Shown piece by piece: positions 28,371-36,180 of a stretch of 64,000 nt of DNA (the stretch's first letter is position 1; each line of letters opens with the position of its first letter). A program made the position numbers and the translations under genes. The stretch lies in contig SCTS01000005.1 of the NCBI GenBank assembly GCA_004322365.1, forward strand, positions 3,697-67,696, given 5' to 3'. The DNA is from Patescibacteria group bacterium (GTDB lineage Bacteria; Patescibacteriota; Minisyncoccia; Phycocordibacterales; Phycocordibacteraceae). Below the pieces are notes generated by a model. That model was not told the DNA's origin, did not search any database, and saw nothing but the letters and a program-made list of their open reading frames with translations.

Positions 28371-28634
28371 TTACGCAATGAAAGTAAAGAAAGAAAACAC
28401 TATCGCATAGAATACTGAAGCCATGATTAGACCTACAGTGGCTGATTGGTCAACATTTCTTTTATTGAGAATCCATTGGAAAAGTTTTTGAAGAAGTGCT
28501 ATTGCAATTCCCCACCCTATAATTGAACCAAATAACCCAGCTGTGGCACTATCAAACTTCGAAACAAATAACAAAACTAAATCTAGTGTAATAAATATTA
28601 CAGCAACAATCTTTAGTGCGTTTTTATTTTTCAT
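28371..28634 (-). CDS. hypothetical small membrane protein (3 TM)
   Basis: 87 aa, hydrophobic. It shares its upstream leader with the 25777..25938 gene. Confidence 0.45.
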   Translation of the reverse strand: MKNKNALKIVAVIFITLDLVLLFVSKFDSATAGLFGSIIGWGIAIALLQKLFQWILNKRNVDQSATVGLIMASVFYAIVFSFFTFIA

Positions 28635-28648
28635 GTGTTTTTAAATAA

Positions 28649-28873
28649 TTATTGATGATGTGAGTGTTCAGGGACAATGAATGTTGCAATGATGTAGGCA
28701 ACGATGCCTGGCACCACTCCTGTAAAGATTACCACTAAGACCCATATAAGGCGTAGAAGCACGGGGTCGATGTCGAAGTATTCACCAAGCCCTCCGCAGA
28801 TGCCTGCGAAAACTTTATTGGTGTTGCTTTTGTAGAGGTGTTTGTGGGGCATGGGGGGGGTATCGGAATTCAA
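28649..28873 (-). CDS. PspC-domain membrane protein
   Basis: GICGGLGEYFDIDPVLLRLIWVLVV is the canonical PspC domain. The start codon overlaps the stop of the upstream 2-TM gene (ATGA). Confidence 0.85.
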   Translation of the reverse strand: MNSDTPPMPHKHLYKSNTNKVFAGICGGLGEYFDIDPVLLRLIWVLVVIFTGVVPGIVAYIIATFIVPEHSHHQ

Positions 28874-29469
28874 AAATTATATAATTTTTGAATTAATGTC
28901 TTCAAACTAATATCAATTTTAGTATATTCAACATTATGTTGAAAATTAAAATGAGAATCTACACTCAGAAAATGTTCACTCATTAAATCTCCTCCAGTAA
29001 CAAATTTGTAATATATTTTTGATTTTAATTTTAAATCCTTCACTATTTCAAGCACTTTTGCAGGAAAGGCAATTGTTAATTGTTCTTCAAACGCAATAAT
29101 CTGTAAATCTGCTTCCTCTAAACAAATTTGGATATGGTCTTTATCTAATTTAGTAATTTCTCCTTTAAATTGAGTATCACGTAATATATTTTTTATTTTT
29201 TGATAAGTAGAGAGTAGTGCTTTAAGTTCATCCACCAAAATAGTTTTTATTACCTTCCTATTCTCTAACAATCTATTAACAAACACAGGAATCATGAGTG
29301 CAATTCCAATAGTGAAAAGCAAATCTAACAAATCCAAAATATTAACCTCTGTATCAATTTCAAGAGGCCAAAGCGCACACAGATAGCCAACAACTACACC
29401 GAGGAAAAGAGCGGGGGCGGAAAAAATTAATATCCTCTTAAGATTCATAACCGTGTCCCTATAGATCAA
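28870..29469 (-). CDS. hypothetical 2-TM membrane protein with a cytoplasmic alpha-helical domain (candidate effector/sensor of the GHKL-STAS operon)
   Basis: Two N-terminal TM helices, then about 130 aa of charged helical domain. Translationally coupled on both sides (to the STAS-like gene and to pspC). The likely start is the internal Met at 29448. Confidence 0.5.
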   Translation of the reverse strand: MIYRDTVMNLKRILIFSAPALFLGVVVGYLCALWPLEIDTEVNILDLLDLLFTIGIALMIPVFVNRLLENRKVIKTILVDELKALLSTYQKIKNILRDTQFKGEITKLDKDHIQICLEEADLQIIAFEEQLTIAFPAKVLEIVKDLKLKSKIYYKFVTGGDLMSEHFLSVDSHFNFQHNVEYTKIDISLKTLIQKLYNF

Positions 29470-29815
29470 CTCCGGTTGGATCTTTTATTTCATCTATAAT
29501 TTTATCAATCCTTAGTGGGTTATCATCAGACTTAAGCTTTATATGTTTGAGAATTAAGTCTGCTCCTTTCTCTAAGGAAAGTTTTCCAAATGAACCTGAA
29601 ACAAACGAAGAGGGGTACCCAAATCCTTTATCTAAATCAACAAACAAAACATAACCTCCCTGAACTGCTTTTTCAAACTTTGGCAAAAGAATAGTCTCCA
29701 GAAAAAGCTCTCCTGAAAATGGTCCTTCTCGCTTATAGCGAGCCCCGACATGGTCAGAAAAATCTTTTGCTATGATTATTTCGTCTTTAATTTCCATACT
29801 TAGTACATTAGACAT
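29459..29815 (-). CDS. STAS-like (DUF4325-like) small protein
   Basis: 118 aa from the MSNVLS start. Core ...GYVLFVDLDKGFGYPSSFVSGSFGKL... resembles the STAS/anti-sigma-antagonist-like DUF4325 block. The start ATG overlaps the ATPase stop (ATGTCTAA). Confidence 0.45.
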   Translation of the reverse strand: MSNVLSMEIKDEIIIAKDFSDHVGARYKREGPFSGELFLETILLPKFEKAVQGGYVLFVDLDKGFGYPSSFVSGSFGKLSLEKGADLILKHIKLKSDDNPLRIDKIIDEIKDPTGVDL

Positions 29816-30836
29816 TTTGTAGCTCCCAATGAAGAAGGGTACCATTTAATGGGTATTGCAACCTCTCCTTCTTCTTAGTCTTGAGATCTATTTTAACGTC
29901 ATTAGCTAATATGTAAAAGGATCGAAAAATTGTGTTATTTGCATCCTCATTAATTTGAGGAATACCTTTACCTCGTAAAGCTGTGTCTTTTTTACTTCGA
30001 GATTTAAGCCTCCCAGCTAATAATTCGTCAGCTAAAATCATGTTATCGAAAAAAGGTGTTTTTTTCATAAATTTTTGTACAGGTCCTTTGACAACGGCAC
30101 TTTCGAATATTCCGACCCCTAAATCAATGAATGTGTAGGATGTAATTTTTTCTTTCGGATCACTATAAACAAATAGCCACCAATTACACTTTCCAAGCCC
30201 TGTAAGGTCAGCATGACTGTGGGTATTCGACATACACTCAACGAGAGTATTGTATAGAGGGTCTAACGGTTTGGCATTTCCAAACACATGCTCTGTGCCA
30301 ATGATTGATGCCTTTTTTACAACAGTTCCTAGAACTTTTGTATCCATGCCTCTATGCATCATATTTTCTGCTCCTATAGTAAAGAATCCAGGAGTAATTA
30401 CGTGGTCATAAAATCCTGATTCAATAAATAATGCATTTGGAGCTAGAGCTTCCGGGGCGTTTCCAGTTACGTTGGAGGCATGATGAAATTCTTTACTATT
30501 TATACTTGCAGCCATCAAAGCTACAGTATCTGGAGTCATTCTTGTTACTTTTGAAATATCTAAAAACACCACCTGCCCAAATTTTAATTTTTTCTCTGCA
30601 TCACTAAAGTACTTAAGAACTGCATTGGCATTTTCAACAAGTGAGAAATTTTTAGGTGCAATAAGGGTAACCGGCGGTAGTTTTGCATTATATTCGCGTT
30701 GAAATTTAACACGACGCGCAGTTTCTTTTTTGCTTTTTTTCCTTAATTTCCATTTTAAGGTTCGTCGTTTTTCAGCGTAACGAACTTGAGAAAAAAAACG
30801 CCTAATTTTTTTCTGTGTACGATTAATTTGCACCAT
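29808..30836 (-). CDS. GHKL-superfamily (histidine-kinase-like) ATPase with a roughly 200-aa basic N-terminal extension
   Basis: C-terminal region has an N-box-like ECMSNTHSHA, a G1-like FIDLGVGIF (DxGxG) and a G2-like RGKGIPQI. N-terminus is very basic (KRRTLKWKLRKKSKKETARRVKF). Start taken at MVQINRT (30836); the track ORF extends to 30899. Confidence 0.45.
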   Translation of the reverse strand: MVQINRTQKKIRRFFSQVRYAEKRRTLKWKLRKKSKKETARRVKFQREYNAKLPPVTLIAPKNFSLVENANAVLKYFSDAEKKLKFGQVVFLDISKVTRMTPDTVALMAASINSKEFHHASNVTGNAPEALAPNALFIESGFYDHVITPGFFTIGAENMMHRGMDTKVLGTVVKKASIIGTEHVFGNAKPLDPLYNTLVECMSNTHSHADLTGLGKCNWWLFVYSDPKEKITSYTFIDLGVGIFESAVVKGPVQKFMKKTPFFDNMILADELLAGRLKSRSKKDTALRGKGIPQINEDANNTIFRSFYILANDVKIDLKTKKKERLQYPLNGTLLHWELQNV

Positions 30837-30987
30837 GGTTTCAAATACAAGAACAATGAGATCACTTACCCCCAGGAGGAATTGGTCACCGTTCCCCAAG
30901 CATTTTACTCCTAGAGTTCATAAAACACTAAGTGTCCAAAGCCCACGAGAATTGCCTACAATTCTCACCTCACCCATGTTAAAAACC

Positions 30988-31352
30988 CAACCCCACGGGG
31001 AATCTCTCCTTACAGGAGCTGTACACCTCATTTAACAGAATGACTCTTGGAGTAAATGGATTTTTTCTTTCGGGGGCTCAGAAAAAATGCTCACAAGGTT
31101 ATTCGATTCCCCGCCGTAAAGCCCCCCCCAGACCACGGGGAAACCGGTCACAGATAAAATGCCTGCTGTCGCAGACTAATTAATTTAATCATGTGGTCAC
31201 CCGTCACTAAGTATTTTGTTTCGGAAACTCACAAAATACTAAGTGCGCTCGACCCCGGCTCACGGTCGCTTTGCGACATCGTTCCGCCCGTCACAAACTG
31301 AAAAAAGCCCAACTAAGGGCTTGTTTTCTAGTTTGTGACCCCACGGGGAATC
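30988..31352. repeat. degenerate direct repeats derived from the 3' end of tRNA-Glu (att-site-like scars): at least 3 copies of the ccccacggggaatc core plus two roughly 65-bp hairpin units resembling the tRNA T-arm
   Basis: tgaccccacggggaatc occurs at 31336-31352 and again as the tRNA 3' end at 31509-31525. caaccccacggggaatc is at 30988-31004, and gaccacggggaaac near 31131. The units ggattttttctttcgg..ctcagaaaaaatgc.cacaaggt..ttcgattccccgccgtaaagc repeat at about 31062-31125 and 31383-31445. Confidence 0.75.
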
Positions 31353-31508
31353 TCTCCTTACAGGAGCTGTACACCTTGTGGATTTTTTCTTTCGGAAACT
31401 CAGAAAAAATGCGCACAAGGTCTTCGATTCCCCGCCGTAAAGCTCCCAGCTTTACTTGGGGTCATGAACAAAAAAGGACTGCCTTTTGCAGTCTCTTTTT
31501 TGTAATCA

Positions 31509-31580
31509 TGACCCCACGGGGAATCGAACCCCGATTCCATCCTTGAGAAGGATGTGTCCTAACCGTTAGACGATGGGGCC
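31509..31580 (-). tRNA. tRNA-Glu (anticodon CUC)
   Basis: Manual cloverleaf fold: GGCCCCA/TGGGGTC acceptor stem, D-arm GTCT-AACGGTTA-GGAC, anticodon stem CATCC/GGATG with loop TTCTCAA (anticodon CTC), T-arm CGGGG-TTCGATT-CCCCG, discriminator A. 72 nt. CCA is not encoded. Confidence 0.88.
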
Positions 31581-31770
31581 GAACGAGAAGGAGAACGAAA
31601 ACTCGTTTTCATTCTCTTCGAGAGAGGCCCCGCTTAGCCTATACCTATAGGCGACTGGGGCCCCGCTGAGAGCTTAAAGTACAGCATTCTTAGTCTTTTC
31701 TCAACCTCTTCTCTTCTCCCGAAAAGCTGGAAGCTGACAGCTGGAACCTGAAAGCTATTAAAAACTTTTC

Positions 31771-32577
31771 TCAACCTCTTGCGAGCTCGGTGGCAAAAAC
31801 TTTTGCTGTTATTTCTACAACAGATTCATGAATCTGTGGCGTCGAAACTATCAAGCCACCTTTAAACATATCTTTTTCTGCACCAACAAGATCAGTAATG
31901 CGTGCACCAGCTTCCAGTGCGACTATCATTCCTCCTGCCATGTCCCATGCCTTGAGTCCGCGGTGCGCCATGGCATCACTCTCTCCCAATGCTACAGCGC
32001 AGAGCTCTAAGCTCGCTGCCATTTTTGATTCAACAACGGCACCCGTTTCAATACACCCTTCTCTAATCGCACCATGCATACGGAGCGTTTGTTCACTTGC
32101 TCCTGTGTCCAAAAGAATATGCGCACCTTGCATAGACTGACATGAAGAAACTGAGATTTTTTTCCCGTTTAAAAATGCGCCACTTCCTCGCTTCGCACTA
32201 TAGAGTTTATTTTCAGCGGGAGAGTACACCACGCCAACTTCAGGTACTCCATCTACAATAAGCCCAATTGAAATACCGAAGTAGGGGTTACCGCTCGAAA
32301 AGTTTTTAGTGCCATCGATGGGATCAACAATCCACATTGAATTCCCCTCTGGCATACCCTTCACTTCTTCGCTGAGAATTGGATACTCAGGAAACTCTTT
32401 TCGGAGAGCATCGAGAATGTAGGTGTTCACCGCAAGGTCAGCCACGGTGAGAAGTGAACCGTCATCTTTAATGCTTCTGTCTGCATCTGTTATTTTTCCA
32501 AAATATTGGAGTGCAATGTCGCCAGCACCACGGGCAATTACTTCTAGTTTTTCTAAAGAGATATCAGACATACTCAA
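31771..32577 (-). CDS. inositol monophosphatase-family protein
   Basis: Contains WIVDPIDGTKNF, the canonical IMPase signature. 268 aa. Confidence 0.85.
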   Translation of the reverse strand: MSMSDISLEKLEVIARGAGDIALQYFGKITDADRSIKDDGSLLTVADLAVNTYILDALRKEFPEYPILSEEVKGMPEGNSMWIVDPIDGTKNFSSGNPYFGISIGLIVDGVPEVGVVYSPAENKLYSAKRGSGAFLNGKKISVSSCQSMQGAHILLDTGASEQTLRMHGAIREGCIETGAVVESKMAASLELCAVALGESDAMAHRGLKAWDMAGGMIVALEAGARITDLVGAEKDMFKGGLIVSTPQIHESVVEITAKVFATELARG

Positions 32578-32580
32578 TAA

Positions 32581-33879
32581 TTATCGAATGCTCCATTCAG
32601 CATCTTGGCGTACTAATAGGTCTTTTGCTTTTTCAGGTTCAGCCATCAAAGACTTCACTACCCTCTCCATACGCATCGACTGAGAACCTTTTACGAGGAT
32701 TACATCGCCTGATTGAATAAGAGACAACAGTGCAGTTGAGGCATCAGACCCCCTCTCACATTCAATAATCACATTCTCGGGCATACCTGAGGCTCGTGCG
32801 CCTTCTGCAATGCCTTTGGTGCGCACACCCACCGTTACAAGTATGTCTGCTGACTTTGCAACTAGGGCACCAATGCGGTTATGTTCAGTTACTGAAAAAC
32901 CTCCCAATTCAAGCATATCTGCCAAGACAGCAATACGACGGCCTGTTCGAGGAATATCCCCAAGAGCTATGAGTGCTTCCTCCATCGCTGCAGGAGAAGC
33001 ATTGTAGGTATCATCAATAATCACGGAAGTTCGCATACCGTTAATCAAACGCATTCTGCCGGCAGGTGTCTCATGTTTTTGAAAAGCGCTTACAGCTTCC
33101 TCAAGAGAAACTCCAACACTGAGCGCTACAGCTATTCCTGCAAGTACCGAGTACACATGGGAGCGACCAGCGACATCTGGAATCGATACCACTCCCCGCT
33201 CGTCACCATAGCTAACATCGAAAGAAATTCCACTTGGCATACCATCCTCACTTGTTGCATGAAGATTCTCTGCCTTCAAGTTTGCATTCTCTCCAAAACC
33301 GAAAGAAAGACGCCTCACTCCAGGTGCTGTAACGGCGGTACGTGCCCGCTCATCATCTTCGTTGAAAACCAACACTCCATTATTCTGAAGCCATCCCACA
33401 GGAGCAAGTTCTTCTTTAATCACATCTTCTGGAGAAGCGTAAAATTCAACATGCACTGAAATATCAGGAAATCTTGTTGCAACTACTACATCTGGCTTTA
33501 ACCATGAAAGAGATTTAGTTATGTCGCCCGGCCTGTCTGCCCCAACCTCAACTATTAACCATTTCGGATATGGAGTAGTAAGAACAAGGAGTGAAATACC
33601 GTCTACAAGATTTCTCATCCACTGAAACACATTGGACCAGCCATTCCGAACACCAAGCACCGTTAGAGGGACGCCGATATCGCCATTGAAGCTCTTTTCA
33701 CTTCTTCGTACAAAAAATGATTTAGAGAGAGCCGTATAAATGGCATCTTTTGCAGAAGTTTTACCAACACTCCCCGTTACGGCAATTATTTTTGGACGGT
33801 GCTTCCGAAGTACAAGTTTTGCCTCAAGCGTGAGCAGGAATACTATTACTTGGCGAAAAAGTTCTTTTAGATTTCCCAT
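32581..33879 (-). CDS. murF: UDP-N-acetylmuramoyl-tripeptide--D-alanyl-D-alanine ligase
   Basis: Mur ligase P-loop AVTGSVGKTS, central and C-terminal Mur domains. Position in the dcw cluster after ftsI. Confidence 0.9.
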   Translation of the reverse strand: MGNLKELFRQVIVFLLTLEAKLVLRKHRPKIIAVTGSVGKTSAKDAIYTALSKSFFVRRSEKSFNGDIGVPLTVLGVRNGWSNVFQWMRNLVDGISLLVLTTPYPKWLIVEVGADRPGDITKSLSWLKPDVVVATRFPDISVHVEFYASPEDVIKEELAPVGWLQNNGVLVFNEDDERARTAVTAPGVRRLSFGFGENANLKAENLHATSEDGMPSGISFDVSYGDERGVVSIPDVAGRSHVYSVLAGIAVALSVGVSLEEAVSAFQKHETPAGRMRLINGMRTSVIIDDTYNASPAAMEEALIALGDIPRTGRRIAVLADMLELGGFSVTEHNRIGALVAKSADILVTVGVRTKGIAEGARASGMPENVIIECERGSDASTALLSLIQSGDVILVKGSQSMRMERVVKSLMAEPEKAKDLLVRQDAEWSIR

Positions 33880-33896
33880 AGTCAGTTAGACCTAAC

Positions 33897-35636
33897 CTAT
33901 CCTCCAGTTTGTGCACGGTCAGGAGGGATCTCGTAATAGTTTATAAGAAAATGCACAGTATTCATAAAGGGTTGAGTCCACGTCTCTGAAGCGTACTGTG
34001 CTCCCTTAGGATACACCGCAAAAAAGAAGACGAGAAACTTTGGATTGTAGGCTGGGAAATAGCCAAAAAATGAGTGGAGATAGCGGTCGGTGTAGTATTC
34101 ACGGGCGTCAGGGCGGGCAACCTGCGCTGTTCCTGTTTTTGCGGCAATGCTGTAGTCGGCCATTTTTATTTTTCCACCCTGAAGAGCATCATCTACTACC
34201 GTTACCAACATTCGCGTAATGGCTTCATCACTCTCTTTACTTATTGCTTGCATAGGAGGACTCCACCCGAGTTTTTTAGTTATACCTCCACCATAGCGAA
34301 GCTCAACGCCAACATGTGGTGCAGGCACTACCCCACCATTTGCAAGCGTAGCGAGTGCTCGAGTCATAGCGATGGGAGAAATTGCAATACCCTGCCCGAA
34401 CGAGGCAGTTGCATATTCAACAGCACGAGGACTTTTAAGGTTGCTAACAAGTGGTGATGCTTCGTTAGGAAGATCAATGCCTGTTTCGCTCGCAATGCCA
34501 AACTTTTCTAAGTAGCCGGCAAATTTTGCAGTGCCCATTCTAGCAACCACAAATGAAACACCAGTATTGAGCGACTGATTCAACACCTCCTGCATAGGCA
34601 CTACTCCGCGCGCTTTGTGGTCGTAGTTGTTAATGCGTAAACCATCGAGAATAAGGAAGCCTTTGTCGTTGTAGGTGGTCGTGGGAGTAACCGCACCTGA
34701 ATCAATTCCTGCAGCCATAGTTATAGGCTTCATAGTGGAACCGAACTCATACACACGCTCAACGAGGGGGTTTGCAAATGCATTAGGGTCTGCATTTTTA
34801 AAGTCATTTAAATCAAAACCTGGGCGTGATGCCATTGCAATAATGGCACCGGTTTTTGGATCCATAATAATTCCCCCAACCGTGTCGGAATTCCATGACT
34901 CATCGTATTTTTTCAAAGCATCTTCAAGAAATTGTTGCACTGATGGCTCAATTGAAGTTACCAAATCAGCACCCGGCTCTACTGTGTCGGGAGAAAATTT
35001 TGCACGAATGTTTGTAAAAAGATCCGCAAAGAAGTTTACATACAGCCCTCCATCTGAACGAGACAAAGCGCCATTGTAATAACGCTCCAAACCATATTGC
35101 CCCGCAACACTTTTACCATCAGCACCAAAACCCAAAAAGCCAATAGACTGTGCAGCAAGCACACGCCCAGGGTAAAAACGCCAGTGTGAAGCAAGTACCT
35201 GTACTCCAGTTATTTTTAACGCAGAGATAGCAACTCCAACCTCTGGTGTTACCTGCTTGGCTATTTCAGCATATACACTGTCTTTCTTTCGAGCCTTTTC
35301 AAGAAATACTGATTCATCAAGGTCGGGCAATATTTTTTTTAAAGCGCGATAGACACTTTCTGGATCTCCAAGCCGTGAAGGATTAATAACGATAGTATTC
35401 CCCGCTGCGATGGTTGCAGCGGAAATAAGTGAACCATCACGAGAGGTGAAAAAGATAGTACCTCGGTCAATTTGGTTGGTGCTTTGTTGCACATATTGGC
35501 TTTCAGCTTTCAAACGATACTCCTTCCCGTGGACCACTTGTAAAAAATACAAGCGTACCAAAAGCACTAACGCAATCAGCAAAATAATACCCGCAATAAT
35601 GCGAATACGAAAAGCGAAGTTGGACTTAGCAGACAT
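33897..35636 (-). CDS. ftsI: penicillin-binding protein, class B transpeptidase (FtsI-type)
   Basis: N-terminal TM helix. SxxK (GSTMKP), SxN and KTGT (AAKTGTAQ) motifs. dcw-cluster context. Confidence 0.9.
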   Translation of the reverse strand: MSAKSNFAFRIRIIAGIILLIALVLLVRLYFLQVVHGKEYRLKAESQYVQQSTNQIDRGTIFFTSRDGSLISAATIAAGNTIVINPSRLGDPESVYRALKKILPDLDESVFLEKARKKDSVYAEIAKQVTPEVGVAISALKITGVQVLASHWRFYPGRVLAAQSIGFLGFGADGKSVAGQYGLERYYNGALSRSDGGLYVNFFADLFTNIRAKFSPDTVEPGADLVTSIEPSVQQFLEDALKKYDESWNSDTVGGIIMDPKTGAIIAMASRPGFDLNDFKNADPNAFANPLVERVYEFGSTMKPITMAAGIDSGAVTPTTTYNDKGFLILDGLRINNYDHKARGVVPMQEVLNQSLNTGVSFVVARMGTAKFAGYLEKFGIASETGIDLPNEASPLVSNLKSPRAVEYATASFGQGIAISPIAMTRALATLANGGVVPAPHVGVELRYGGGITKKLGWSPPMQAISKESDEAITRMLVTVVDDALQGGKIKMADYSIAAKTGTAQVARPDAREYYTDRYLHSFFGYFPAYNPKFLVFFFAVYPKGAQYASETWTQPFMNTVHFLINYYEIPPDRAQTGG

Positions 35637-35798
35637 CTTTGTATTCTAACTTAGGAAAAAGCTTTCAGGTTTTAGCTTTCAGCTGTCAGCTTCGATTTTC
35701 TACCCTATATATATTCTAGCTTTTTGCAAAATGCTAGAATGATATCCCTCTAGTTTTTTTAGATTCTACCCCCCTACCCTAAACACTACACCCTTCCT

Positions 35799-36176
35799 CT
35801 ACCTTGCATCTTTAAACGCAACACTTCCCTTGCTTACAAATGAACGGTCACGCACAGATACAAAACCAAGTGAACGAGCGTACGGTTCAGTAATTGTTTG
35901 TGTTTTTGAAAGATACGCGGTCTCTAGAGTTGCAACTTCTGCAGATGCGCGTGAAGCAGACCGAACAAGCTCTTGGCGAGCAGCAACATGCACTACTGAT
36001 GAAATCATGAAATAGATATATAAGACCGACAGAAGAAGGAATGCGACACCAAACACTACAACGGTACGGCGTTCAAATACATTTGCATACGCCAATATCC
36101 CCGAATGGGTATTTCTAGAAAATGGCAACGAGGCCTGATGTTCTGATGCTTTTTTGGTGTTTCGATTTTTATTCAT
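35799..36176 (-). CDS. ftsL: FtsL-like cell-division protein
   Basis: Start taken at MNKNRNTKK (36176), immediately after the rsmH stop. Basic N-terminus, single TM helix, then a short coiled-coil. Located between rsmH and ftsI as in dcw clusters. Confidence 0.5.
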   Translation of the reverse strand: MNKNRNTKKASEHQASLPFSRNTHSGILAYANVFERRTVVVFGVAFLLLSVLYIYFMISSVVHVAARQELVRSASRASAEVATLETAYLSKTQTITEPYARSLGFVSVRDRSFVSKGSVAFKDAR

Positions 36177-36180
36177 AGTT

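Noticed and set aside
30835-31035. + ORF (66 aa) at the ATPase gene start / att-repeat region
   Set aside because: It overlaps the probable ATPase start and runs into the repeat array. Pro/Thr/Ser-rich with no features. Judged spurious.
30950-31500. Possible CRISPR array (repeated units near the tRNA)
   Set aside because: Repeat lengths and spacings are irregular. The repeats derive from the tRNA-Glu 3' end. There is no constant roughly 30-bp repeat with unique spacers and no cas genes nearby. Interpreted as att-site scars instead.
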